From assembly GCA_038873795.1 (NCBI GenBank), contig JAVZDR010000016.1, positions 1 through 11,366 on the forward strand: DNA of 11,366 nt, written 5' to 3'. A program made the translations under genes and the position numbers. The notes under the pieces were generated by a model, which was not told where the DNA came from, did not search any database, and saw nothing but the letters and a program-made list of their open reading frames with translations. This document shows positions 1-6,423 of this stretch, piece by piece; positions within the stretch are counted from its first letter, which is position 1; every line of letters begins with the position of its first letter. This DNA is from Candidatus Micrarchaeaceae archaeon. GTDB lineage: Archaea > Micrarchaeota > Micrarchaeia > Micrarchaeales > CABMGC01.

Positions 1-561
1 CTGAAGCAGCAAAAGCGCATTTTCTATGCTCTCTATCTGTATCCTTGCCACGTCCTGCTTCTTCCTGAAATCAGGAAGTATCTGGCTTGCAAAGCTTATT
101 GGCAGAGTATCATCATATATGCCTTTCATTATTGTGTAATACCTCTTTGCTTCATCATACCTCTTACGTCGCAGCGCATCAACTGCCGACCTCTTCAGCT
201 CGCCAACAAGGTCCATCAAACCTAGAATATATGGGCCCGTGGTCTCATTCAATGATGCTGCGCTTGGAAGCTCTGTGCTCTCGGCCTTGCCTATTATGGA
301 ATAAAGGGACGCAGCTTCAACATATTCCTGATGGGCCTGCAGTGAAGTGTTCTCGAATCCATGCTCAATCTTGCGCAGCGCCTCAATTGTCTTCTTTGCA
401 TCGTCAAGGTTCTTCTTTGCCCGTACTGGGTTGTTGCCATGCATTGCGGCTATGGCCTCTGCGCACCGCCTTATCACAAATCTTGACTTGCTCAGCACCT
501 CTTCGTGCCTTGCCTGCATATCCTCAAGCTCGTCCTTCATTTTCTCTATGTTGCTTATCAT
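1..561 (-). CDS. Translin/Trax family protein (archaeal C3PO-like RNase), 3' end runs off the window
   Basis: Not in the ORF track. Manual translation: (M)MISNIEKMKDELEDMQARHEEVLSKSRFVIRRCAEAIAAMH...QAHQEYVEAASL...PYILGLMDLVGELKRSAVDALR...LPDFRKKQDVARIQIE. QEYVEA, YxLGLxDxxGELxR and R-K-x-D are Translin/Trax motifs. GGTG at 570-567 lies 5 nt before ATG 561; alternative ATG at 564. Confidence 0.92.
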   Translation of the reverse strand, partial: MISNIEKMKDELEDMQARHEEVLSKSRFVIRRCAEAIAAMHGNNPVRAKKNLDDAKKTIEALRKIEHGFENTSLQAHQEYVEAASLYSIIGKAESTELPSAASLNETTGPYILGLMDLVGELKRSAVDALRRKRYDEAKRYYTIMKGIYDDTLPISFASQILPDFRKKQDVARIQIESIENALLLLQ

Positions 562-565
562 CATA

Positions 566-1435
566 TCACCTGCCTAAAATGCTTCTGCCGTACCAGAATA
601 TATATTGCTGGGCATAGCCTCTTATATGCCCCCATTTTTCGTAAGCGAACTCATGAAGCTCCCTTATCTTCTTTGGGCTCCCGTTGAAATATGCGTGCTC
701 GAGCACTCTCTTCACCCAAGTGTCTATTGGAAAGGCTTCAAACTTTCTGTAGCCCATCAGCAGTATGCAGTCAGCTACCTTGTCGCCTATTCCGTCAAAA
801 GTCATCAGCAATTCCTTCGCATCCTCATAAGCCATGCTTTGCACCTTCTTAACCTCATTGTTTTCTACAAATTCCCTTGCTACATTCTTTATATATCTTG
901 ATCTGAAGCCTGCGCCGCATCTGGCAAGCTCAGCTGCGCTTGCATTGGCTATTGTTTCTGCCTCTGGAAAGAGCCTGACCTTGTGATCTGCATCAGCATG
1001 GATTCTGCCGAACCTTCTCAAGAGGCATGTCATTATGCCCCTAATGCGCTTGATGTTGTTGAACTGTGATATCACGAACGCCAGAGATGCCTCCCAGGGT
1101 TCGCTTTTCGTCACGCGCATGCCGCGATATCTTGCTATTGCCTTGTGCATGAAGCTGTCTGTGTCTATGCTGCCGTAGACCTCGTTCATATTATCTGCGA
1201 GGCCGAGCCTTGTCCTGACCTCATCCTCTATGCCGATTTCGCGCATTGGCCTGATTCCTGAATAGCGTGCTGTTATCTGCGCAGCGCTGCCTACATTTTT
1301 GGCTGTAACAGTAAATGCGCCGTAGCTCGTAACGTAGCTTAGCTCGCTCTCATTTCTGTTGTAGTTGCCATAAAAAGTCAGAGGCTGCCCGCTCTCAAAT
1401 GTGTATTCCATGCTGAAGTCCTTTACCGCAATCAT
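566..1435 (-). CDS. ogg: 8-oxoguanine DNA glycosylase/AP lyase, Ogg1 type (OGG_N + HhH-GPD)
   Basis: N-terminal TFESGQ, ISQFNNIKRI, GAGFRSRYI, HhH GIGDKVADC with the catalytic Lys, FPIDTW with the catalytic Asp, C-terminal GYAQQYIF. The start overlaps the glyS stop (ATGA, 1435-1432). Confidence 0.9.
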   Translation of the reverse strand: MIAVKDFSMEYTFESGQPLTFYGNYNRNESELSYVTSYGAFTVTAKNVGSAAQITARYSGIRPMREIGIEDEVRTRLGLADNMNEVYGSIDTDSFMHKAIARYRGMRVTKSEPWEASLAFVISQFNNIKRIRGIMTCLLRRFGRIHADADHKVRLFPEAETIANASAAELARCGAGFRSRYIKNVAREFVENNEVKKVQSMAYEDAKELLMTFDGIGDKVADCILLMGYRKFEAFPIDTWVKRVLEHAYFNGSPKKIRELHEFAYEKWGHIRGYAQQYIFWYGRSILGR

Positions 1436-2895
1436 GCAATTTCACTGACCTTTTTTCTGATCTGCTCCTTTGTATCCCTATCTCTTATAGTGACTGTATT
1501 GTCTTCTAGCGTGGTATAATCTATGGTTATGCACTTGAGCACGCCAATCTCGTCTGCCTTGGCATACCTCTTGCCTATGCTGCCTGTCGCGGAATAATAG
1601 CATTTCGATCTCTTTTGAAGAGAGGCAAAAACGTCCTTTGCCTTAGCTATGAGCTTCTCGTCATTCTGGAGAGGGAAGACGGCATATTCATATGGAGCAA
1701 CCGACTTGTTCAGCCTGAGCCACTCCCAGCCGCGCTTGTCGTCTTCAACAGAATTGTCAAGAAGTGCGAAGAGAAGCCGGTCTAGGCCAATACTTGATTC
1801 GACAACATGAGGCATGACCTTGCCGCTTTCCGATGCGACAGCTAGGCTCTTGCCTGATTTCTTTGAATGTGCAGAAAGGTCGTAATCGCCCCTATAGGCA
1901 TTGCCTGCAACCTCTATGTAGCCATAGGATGTACTTACCTCAAGGTCTACGTTGCCCCTTGAGTAGTGGGGGAGCTCCTCCTTATTGAGCTTCCTGAATC
2001 TCAATAAGTCTTTTTTGAAGCCAAGCTCAAGCATCATCTCCTGCTCGAGGTAAAGGACAAGGGCAAAGAATCTGTTTGGGATTGCGCCCTCGGCAAGCAG
2101 TTTTGAGAGCTGCACTTCGCTGGTCCTTTCGCCATCTGCAAAGTTTATCTCTTTCTTTAGAAGGTCGTCGCTTATTTCGAAACCGTTTATTGAATGCTGG
2201 TCTGCAGATGGGTCGAAGAACAACTCTGTTTCCATCTGGCTGAACTCCCTCATGCGAATGAGCTGCTGCCTCGGTGAGATCTCATTGCGGAATGCCTTGC
2301 CCGCTTGGGCAATAGAGCATGGGAGCTTCAAGCCATAGAGCCTGTAGATGTCGCTGAATTCAAGGAAGATGCCCTGCGCAGTCTCAGGCCTGAGGTAGCC
2401 CGTTTCAGTCCCCAATGGCCCTATCATCGTCTTGAAGAGAAGGTTGAAGTACTCTGCATCCTTGAATGCGCCGCCGCACTTCTCACACCTGATCTTCAGC
2501 TCTTTTATCCTTGCGTCTATCTGCTCCAGGCTGAGCTTCTTTACTTCATCTGATGATTTGGCGTCGCCTATTTCCTGATAGTATTCTTCAAGGAGCTTGT
2601 CGGCCCTGTAGGCTGTACCGCACTTGCTGCACTTCACTATTGGGTCTGTGAATGTAGCAACGTGCCCGCTGGCTTCCAGCACCGCGCTTGGGACTATGTT
2701 TGTTGCCTCAATCTCAAGAGAGCCAAGCATATCGACGAATATCCTGCGCCATGCCGCTTCTATGTTGCGCTTTATGCGCAGCCCTATCGGCCCATAATCA
2801 TAGAAGCCTGCTGTCTCGCCATAAATGCCGAAAGCCTTGAGGTAGATGCCTCTGCGCGTTATTATGCTTAATGCCCTGCCTTCGTTTTCTGTCAT
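1432..2895 (-). CDS. glyS: Glycyl-tRNA synthetase, archaeal/eukaryal alpha2 type
   Basis: GFYDYGPIG, LRPETAQGIF, motif 2 FRNEISPR..IRMREFSQME, motif 3 ESSIGLDR, anticodon domain IGKRYAKADEIG; CxxC...CxxC insertion. ATG 2895 preferred over TTG 2916 because an AT-rich TATA-like element lies ~27 nt upstream (likely leaderless). Confidence 0.97.
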   Translation of the reverse strand: MTENEGRALSIITRRGIYLKAFGIYGETAGFYDYGPIGLRIKRNIEAAWRRIFVDMLGSLEIEATNIVPSAVLEASGHVATFTDPIVKCSKCGTAYRADKLLEEYYQEIGDAKSSDEVKKLSLEQIDARIKELKIRCEKCGGAFKDAEYFNLLFKTMIGPLGTETGYLRPETAQGIFLEFSDIYRLYGLKLPCSIAQAGKAFRNEISPRQQLIRMREFSQMETELFFDPSADQHSINGFEISDDLLKKEINFADGERTSEVQLSKLLAEGAIPNRFFALVLYLEQEMMLELGFKKDLLRFRKLNKEELPHYSRGNVDLEVSTSYGYIEVAGNAYRGDYDLSAHSKKSGKSLAVASESGKVMPHVVESSIGLDRLLFALLDNSVEDDKRGWEWLRLNKSVAPYEYAVFPLQNDEKLIAKAKDVFASLQKRSKCYYSATGSIGKRYAKADEIGVLKCITIDYTTLEDNTVTIRDRDTKEQIRKKVSEIA

Positions 2896-2920
2896 AGAAA
2901 CACAATTGTTAGGCAAGATA

Positions 2921-2931
2921 CTTATTTATTA
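2921..2931 (-). promoter_or_regulatory. Putative TATA box of the glyS-ogg-translin unit
   Basis: Minus strand TAATAAATAAG, 26-36 nt upstream of ATG 2895; no Shine-Dalgarno present. Confidence 0.5.
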
Positions 2932-2972
2932 CTACGCTGGGATATGCGCGCGCCAGTCAGCATCAGAATATT

Positions 2973-2980
2973 CTTATAGC
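2973..2980 (+). promoter_or_regulatory. Putative TATA box of the zinc-finger gene
   Basis: CTTATAGC, with TTATA starting 27 nt before ATG 3001; no Shine-Dalgarno, consistent with a leaderless mRNA. Confidence 0.5.
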
Positions 2981-3000
2981 CTTGTTGCCAATTGTTAGCA

Positions 3001-3174
3001 ATGAAAAAGCTGTTCAAATGCGATATCTGCGGCCTCCATTATAGGGACGAAAAGCTTGCAGAGATGTGCCATGCATGGTGCTCTACGCACAACAGCTGTA
3101 ACCTGAGCATAGCTAGGCAGTCTGTAGAAGCACATGAATCAGCTGCGCGAAGGGCTGGAGGCTTAAGCTATTAA
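3001..3174 (+). CDS. Small Cys/His-rich zinc-finger-like protein (57 aa), function unknown
   Basis: MKKLFKCDICGLHYRDEKLAEMCHAWCSTHNSC...: F-x-C-x2-C-x3-Y-x8-C-x3-C is C2H2-like spacing with Cys in the His positions. Promoter-like element at the expected distance from ATG 3001. Confidence 0.8.
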   Translation: MKKLFKCDICGLHYRDEKLAEMCHAWCSTHNSCNLSIARQSVEAHESAARRAGGLSY

Positions 3175-3207
3175 ATGTTTTTACATTGATGTTTTATTGG
3201 TGTTCGA

Positions 3208-4017
3208 TTGAGAAAGGAGAGCTTTGAGGAAAGGAGGAAGAGGCTGCTCAACGCTGCCAGGGAGGCTGTTGGCAGTGCATATGCCAGCGACGAGAAGTCA
3301 ATAATACAGGCTATAAATGCATATCTTGAGCTCGAGAAGCTCAGGAACATGCTCTTCGAGAGACTTGAGGAATGGTATAGCCTGCATTTTCCCGAATTGA
3401 GCCCAAGCAGCCAGAGCGCTTATGCAAAATTCATAGTAGAGTTCGGCAAGGACAAGAAGATGGCAACAGAGGAGGGCCTTAAGTCGATATTCGGCGACAA
3501 GTCAAGGGAGGTCTTTGCGGCCATATCTAAGAGCATAGGTGCTGAGCCGAGCAGCAGCGAATACGCCCAGATCAAGGGCATTGCGAATGCTGTGCTCTGG
3601 CTCGCGGAGATGCAGAAAGGCATAGACAACTTCATAGAGGAAAAGTCTAAGTCGGTAATGCCTAATCTCGCCTACCTCATCGACTACAAGGTGGCGGCGC
3701 AGCTCCTGAGCAAGGCCGGATCCCTGAGCAAGCTCGCCATGATGCCAGCAAGCACGATCCAGCTGCTCGGCGCTGAGAAGGCTCTCTTCAAGCACATAAA
3801 ATTCAGGAGCAAGGCCCCTAAATACGGCTACATCTTCAAGCTTCCACAGGTGATGAATGCGCAGAAGGATCGGAAGGGCAGGATAGCGAGGGTGATAGCC
3901 GCAAAGATAGCCATAGCATCGAAAGCCGACGCATTTTCTAAGCACTTCATAGCTGAGAAGCTGAAGGCTGAGATGGAAAGGGCAATTTCAAACACTTCGA
4001 GAAAGCAGCCAAGATGA
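3208..4017 (+). CDS. nop5: Nop5 (Nop56/58) C/D-box RNP scaffold protein, short N-terminus
   Basis: IIQAI...ERLEEWYSLHFPEL (NOSIC region), MPNL, LAMMPASTIQLLGAEKALF, PKYGYIF, KGRIARVIAAKIAIASKADAF (Nop domain). TTG start with GGTG (3199-3202) 5 nt upstream. Confidence 0.95.
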   Translation: MRKESFEERRKRLLNAAREAVGSAYASDEKSIIQAINAYLELEKLRNMLFERLEEWYSLHFPELSPSSQSAYAKFIVEFGKDKKMATEEGLKSIFGDKSREVFAAISKSIGAEPSSSEYAQIKGIANAVLWLAEMQKGIDNFIEEKSKSVMPNLAYLIDYKVAAQLLSKAGSLSKLAMMPASTIQLLGAEKALFKHIKFRSKAPKYGYIFKLPQVMNAQKDRKGRIARVIAAKIAIASKADAFSKHFIAEKLKAEMERAISNTSRKQPR

Positions 4018-4031
4018 GATTGCCCATATGG

Positions 4032-5402
4032 TTAGGTGGATTCGCCTTCCTTAGCATATATGATAATGTTGGGCGGCCTTCTCGGCATTGGGTTTACCCT
4101 AAGGCCGTATATTGCCTTGACGCCCTTTTCCTCTGCGACAGCCACAAGGCGCTGTGTTATGGTGCCATCAAGCACTATGCCGTAGATCTTCTCCGTGGAA
4201 TTTATCATCAGGAATATGTCTCTTATTGGGCCCTCTTTTATTATATTGCCGCTGCTGTCGTAGAGCCTGCACCTCAGCCTGTTAGAGAGCTCATCAAGCC
4301 CCTTGGCAAGCTCGCTTAGGACTATGCTCTCAAGGGCTGGCTTTGGCTGCTGCTGCGCACTTTCAGCCACTTCGCTCGCGTTTTGGCTTTCCATAGTTGG
4401 CAGCAGATCCTCATTCACAGCCTCTTCCAGAGGCTCAATGACTGGGTGCTGCTCAGCCTTTGGCTGCTGCGCAGGCATCTGTGCCTGCGGCTGCTGCTGG
4501 GGTTTCCGCTGCTGTGTCTGCTGTGGCGAAAATCTCTGCTCTGGCTGCTGTGTCTGCGGAGCCTTTTTGCCCGAATTAAGATACTGGTCTATAGGCGTGC
4601 GCGACCTCAGCGCTTTTATTATCTCCTTTCGTGTAAGTTCCTCAACCTCCTTGCCATCGGGCGCCTTGGCTACGTAGTCCAGATCACCATAGTGGAGGAG
4701 GGTGTTCACTATCATGTCGCCGCCTCTGTCGCCGTCGACAAACGCTGTCACTTCCTTCTCGCGCATCAGGTCTATTATGCTCTTTGGTATGCTTGAAGAT
4801 GCTCCACCAACAGCTACCACATTCGTTATATCGTTCTTCAGCAATGTAAGCACATCGGCCCTCCCTTCCACCAATATCACATCATCGCTGCTCGCGACAT
4901 CAGGTCCGGCAGGCAGTTTTTCAGGGCCATAGGTTGCTATCTCGCTTATCTTAAGGTCCGCTTCCACTATTTCGGTAAGCTCCCTGCTGTCGGGTATTTG
5001 GTTTGTAAGCAAGTTCTTGAGCAGTTCCTTGGCTCTCTCTAGCACCTTCTTCCTCTTTTCGGTCCTCATGTCATCGACCTTGTTGATGTGGAACTTTGCA
5101 TCGTATGGACCAACTCTGTCGACAGATTCGACAGCAGCAGCGAGTATGCATGTCTCAACCTTGTCCAGCGAAGCGGGCATCATAAGCTTTCCGTATGTCT
5201 TGCTTCCAGACTGCGATGTATCTATCTCTATCCTGCCTATCTTGCCGCTCTTCTGCAACTCCCTCAGATCGAGTTCGTCGCCAAGAAGGCCCTCGGTCTG
5301 ACCGAAGACCGCGCCTATTATGTCTGGCTTTTCGACCAATCCGCTTATCTCAAAATTTGCCTCAACCATGTATTTTACCATATCAAGATATGTCTTTGCC
5401 AT
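4032..5402 (-). CDS. dnaG: Archaeal DnaG (bacterial-type primase homologue, exosome-associated RNA-binding subunit)
   Basis: VEKPDIIGAVFGQTEGLLGDELDLRELQKSGKIGRI, VDRVGP, Toprim VEGRADV and DGDRGG, APDGKEVEEL, C-terminal DGTITQRL. ATG 5402 preferred (AGTG 5 nt upstream, just after the upstream gene's stop). Confidence 0.96.
   Translation of the reverse strand: MAKTYLDMVKYMVEANFEISGLVEKPDIIGAVFGQTEGLLGDELDLRELQKSGKIGRIEIDTSQSGSKTYGKLMMPASLDKVETCILAAAVESVDRVGPYDAKFHINKVDDMRTEKRKKVLERAKELLKNLLTNQIPDSRELTEIVEADLKISEIATYGPEKLPAGPDVASSDDVILVEGRADVLTLLKNDITNVVAVGGASSSIPKSIIDLMREKEVTAFVDGDRGGDMIVNTLLHYGDLDYVAKAPDGKEVEELTRKEIIKALRSRTPIDQYLNSGKKAPQTQQPEQRFSPQQTQQRKPQQQPQAQMPAQQPKAEQHPVIEPLEEAVNEDLLPTMESQNASEVAESAQQQPKPALESIVLSELAKGLDELSNRLRCRLYDSSGNIIKEGPIRDIFLMINSTEKIYGIVLDGTITQRLVAVAEEKGVKAIYGLRVNPMPRRPPNIIIYAKEGEST
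4335..4570 (-). repeat. Gln/Pro-rich low-complexity linker in DnaG with short direct repeats
   Basis: Protein APQTQQPEQRFSPQQTQQRKPQQQPQAQMPAQQPK...AQQQPKP. Plus-strand repeats gctgctgtgtctgc (4508-4521, 4544-4557) and ctttggctgctgc (4341-4353, 4458-4470). Confidence 0.8.
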
Positions 5403-5406
5403 AATC

Positions 5407-5793
5407 TCACTTTTCCGTATTTTCATTTATTCTTCTAACCGGCTCAAGTATCTCTTCCACGGCCCTTACGCCGAGTAGCTTGAGGAGGGACTTGCCCAGG
5501 TTCACATTGATCTCCAGTTCATTTCCTTTTTCCAGAAGAAGAGCGATTACCTTTTCTTCTTTCCTCCAGCCGCTCTCATCGTCGTCCATCACTATGCATA
5601 CTTGTTTGGTTGTGTCTATTCTAGCACTGCTGTAGAGTAGTTCATCGAAGGTTATGGATTTGATGCCAAGTTTAGCAAGCACATCTTTGTCATGATTTCC
5701 TTCGACCACAACCGTACTCTTGGCCATTCCGCTAAGTATGCGCTCAAGCCTTTTCCTTGCATTCTCATCCTTCCTGCACTGCTGCACTCTCAT
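5407..5793 (-). CDS. Small stand-alone Toprim-domain protein (RNase M5/small primase-like family)
   Basis: VVVEGNHD (Toprim Glu) and IVMDDDESG (DxD motif), C-terminal GVRAVEEI. 128 aa from ATG 5793 (GTG 5796 alternative); stop 4 nt before dnaG. Confidence 0.88.
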   Translation of the reverse strand: MRVQQCRKDENARKRLERILSGMAKSTVVVEGNHDKDVLAKLGIKSITFDELLYSSARIDTTKQVCIVMDDDESGWRKEEKVIALLLEKGNELEINVNLGKSLLKLLGVRAVEEILEPVRRINENTEK

Positions 5794-5801
5794 CACTGGA
5801 A

Positions 5802-5899
5802 AAGTCGCATTACCTGTGGCGCGCAGCTATGCTAACCAAATCCTTTTGTAAGACAATTAGCATTAATTCGTGACGCATCTCCACACCGAAATGCAACTT
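5802..5899 (-). ncRNA. Candidate structured RNA (long rod-like hairpin): 5' leader of Toprim-dnaG or a stand-alone small RNA
   Basis: Four nested helices on the minus strand: 5899-5890/5811-5802 (10 bp), 5885-5881/5819-5815 (5 bp), 5863-5855/5837-5829 (9 bp), 5854-5850/5844-5840 (5 bp, loop ACAAA). Five G.U pairs would be A.C mismatches on the plus strand. Ends in UUUU. No family recognised. Confidence 0.55.
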
Positions 5900-5911
5900 G
5901 AACCGATTACA

Positions 5912-5941
5912 TTTATATATTGAGAAGTAATAATTATATAT
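5912..5941. promoter_or_regulatory. Overlapping divergent promoters for hjc (+) and hairpin-Toprim-dnaG (-)
   Basis: Plus TTTATATA 5912-5919 predicts a start near 5943, just before the hjc GGTG at 5948. Minus TATATAAT 5940-5933 predicts a start near 5909, ~10 nt before the hairpin. Minus TATATAAA 5919-5912 is an alternative. Confidence 0.6.
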
Positions 5942-5956
5942 CTTACTGGTGCGACA

Positions 5957-6346
5957 ATGACCCGCTATGAAAAGGGAGCAAGGGGCGAGAGGGAGTTGCT
6001 TGAGAAGTTCCGCAGCGCAGGCTACTCTGTGGTAAGGAGCGCGGGCTCTGGCGTGAATTCTATAAGCCCTGACATACTCATTGTAAGGAAAAGCGGCGGG
6101 ATGGCCTTCGAATGCAAGGTCTGGGACAAGAGCAGCATAAGCATAGACCCAGAGAAGTTCTGCTTGCTGAAGGAATGGGAAACAAATACAAACTTCCAAA
6201 CTTACATAGCATGGCGCATGAACGGCTTGGGCTGGTTTTTCATAAGGCTCGATGAGCTCACAAAGGGGAAGAACTACACAGTGACAAGGAAGCGCGCAAT
6301 CGAGATAAACAGGAGGCTTGAAAATCTGCTTTCTGGAGAAGCCTAG
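5957..6346 (+). CDS. hjc: Holliday junction resolvase Hjc
   Basis: KGARGERELL, GYSVVRSAGSG, PDIL, FECK (PD-(D/E)xK nuclease); 129 aa; GGTG 5 nt before ATG. Confidence 0.95.
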   Translation: MTRYEKGARGERELLEKFRSAGYSVVRSAGSGVNSISPDILIVRKSGGMAFECKVWDKSSISIDPEKFCLLKEWETNTNFQTYIAWRMNGLGWFFIRLDELTKGKNYTVTRKRAIEINRRLENLLSGEA

Positions 6347-6378
6347 TGTATGCCACTATTCGGCTGTGCCGCGTAGAT

Positions 6379-6386
6379 TTTTTAAG
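6379..6386 (+). promoter_or_regulatory. Putative TATA box of the histone gene
   Basis: T-run followed by AA (TTTTTAA), ~40 nt upstream of ATG 6424, leaving a short leader containing GGGGGAT. Confidence 0.45.
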
Positions 6387-6423
6387 GCTTTTATTGCATG
6401 AAATACTACTTTTGGGGGATCTG

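Noticed and set aside
87..617. 176-aa plus-strand ORF and other plus-strand ORFs at 347-901
   Set aside because: Antisense shadows of the Translin and ogg genes; no motifs and atypical composition.
2946..2953. GCGCGCGC run in the glyS intergenic region
   Set aside because: Too short to support any function; no larger structure around it.
3001..4017. Zinc-finger ORF is in the same frame as nop5 (possible read-through fusion or split gene)
   Set aside because: Two in-frame stops (TAA 3172, TGA 3187) intervene and nop5 has its own SD.
4014..5438. Several plus-strand ORFs, including a Cys-rich one at 4303-4677
   Set aside because: Antisense to dnaG; the Cys runs are the complement of the CAG-rich linker.
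5740..5796. C-box-like GTGATGA at the Toprim start (possible C/D sRNA)
   Set aside because: Explained by GTG-ATG-A start codons; no convincing CTGA D or D' boxes follow.
5802..5899. Identification of the hairpin as tRNA, 5S rRNA, SRP RNA or H/ACA guide
   Set aside because: No cloverleaf or T-loop, no 5S three-way junction or CCGAAC loop, no SRP helix-8 GNRA motif, no K-turn or terminal ACA.
5810..6199. 129-aa minus-strand ORF
   Set aside because: Mostly antisense to hjc and runs through the promoter; only its last 22 codons are kept as a possible uORF.
6346..6423. N-terminal extension of the histone given by the ORF track
   Set aside because: Covers the likely promoter; ATG 6424 has an SD and matches the usual histone start.
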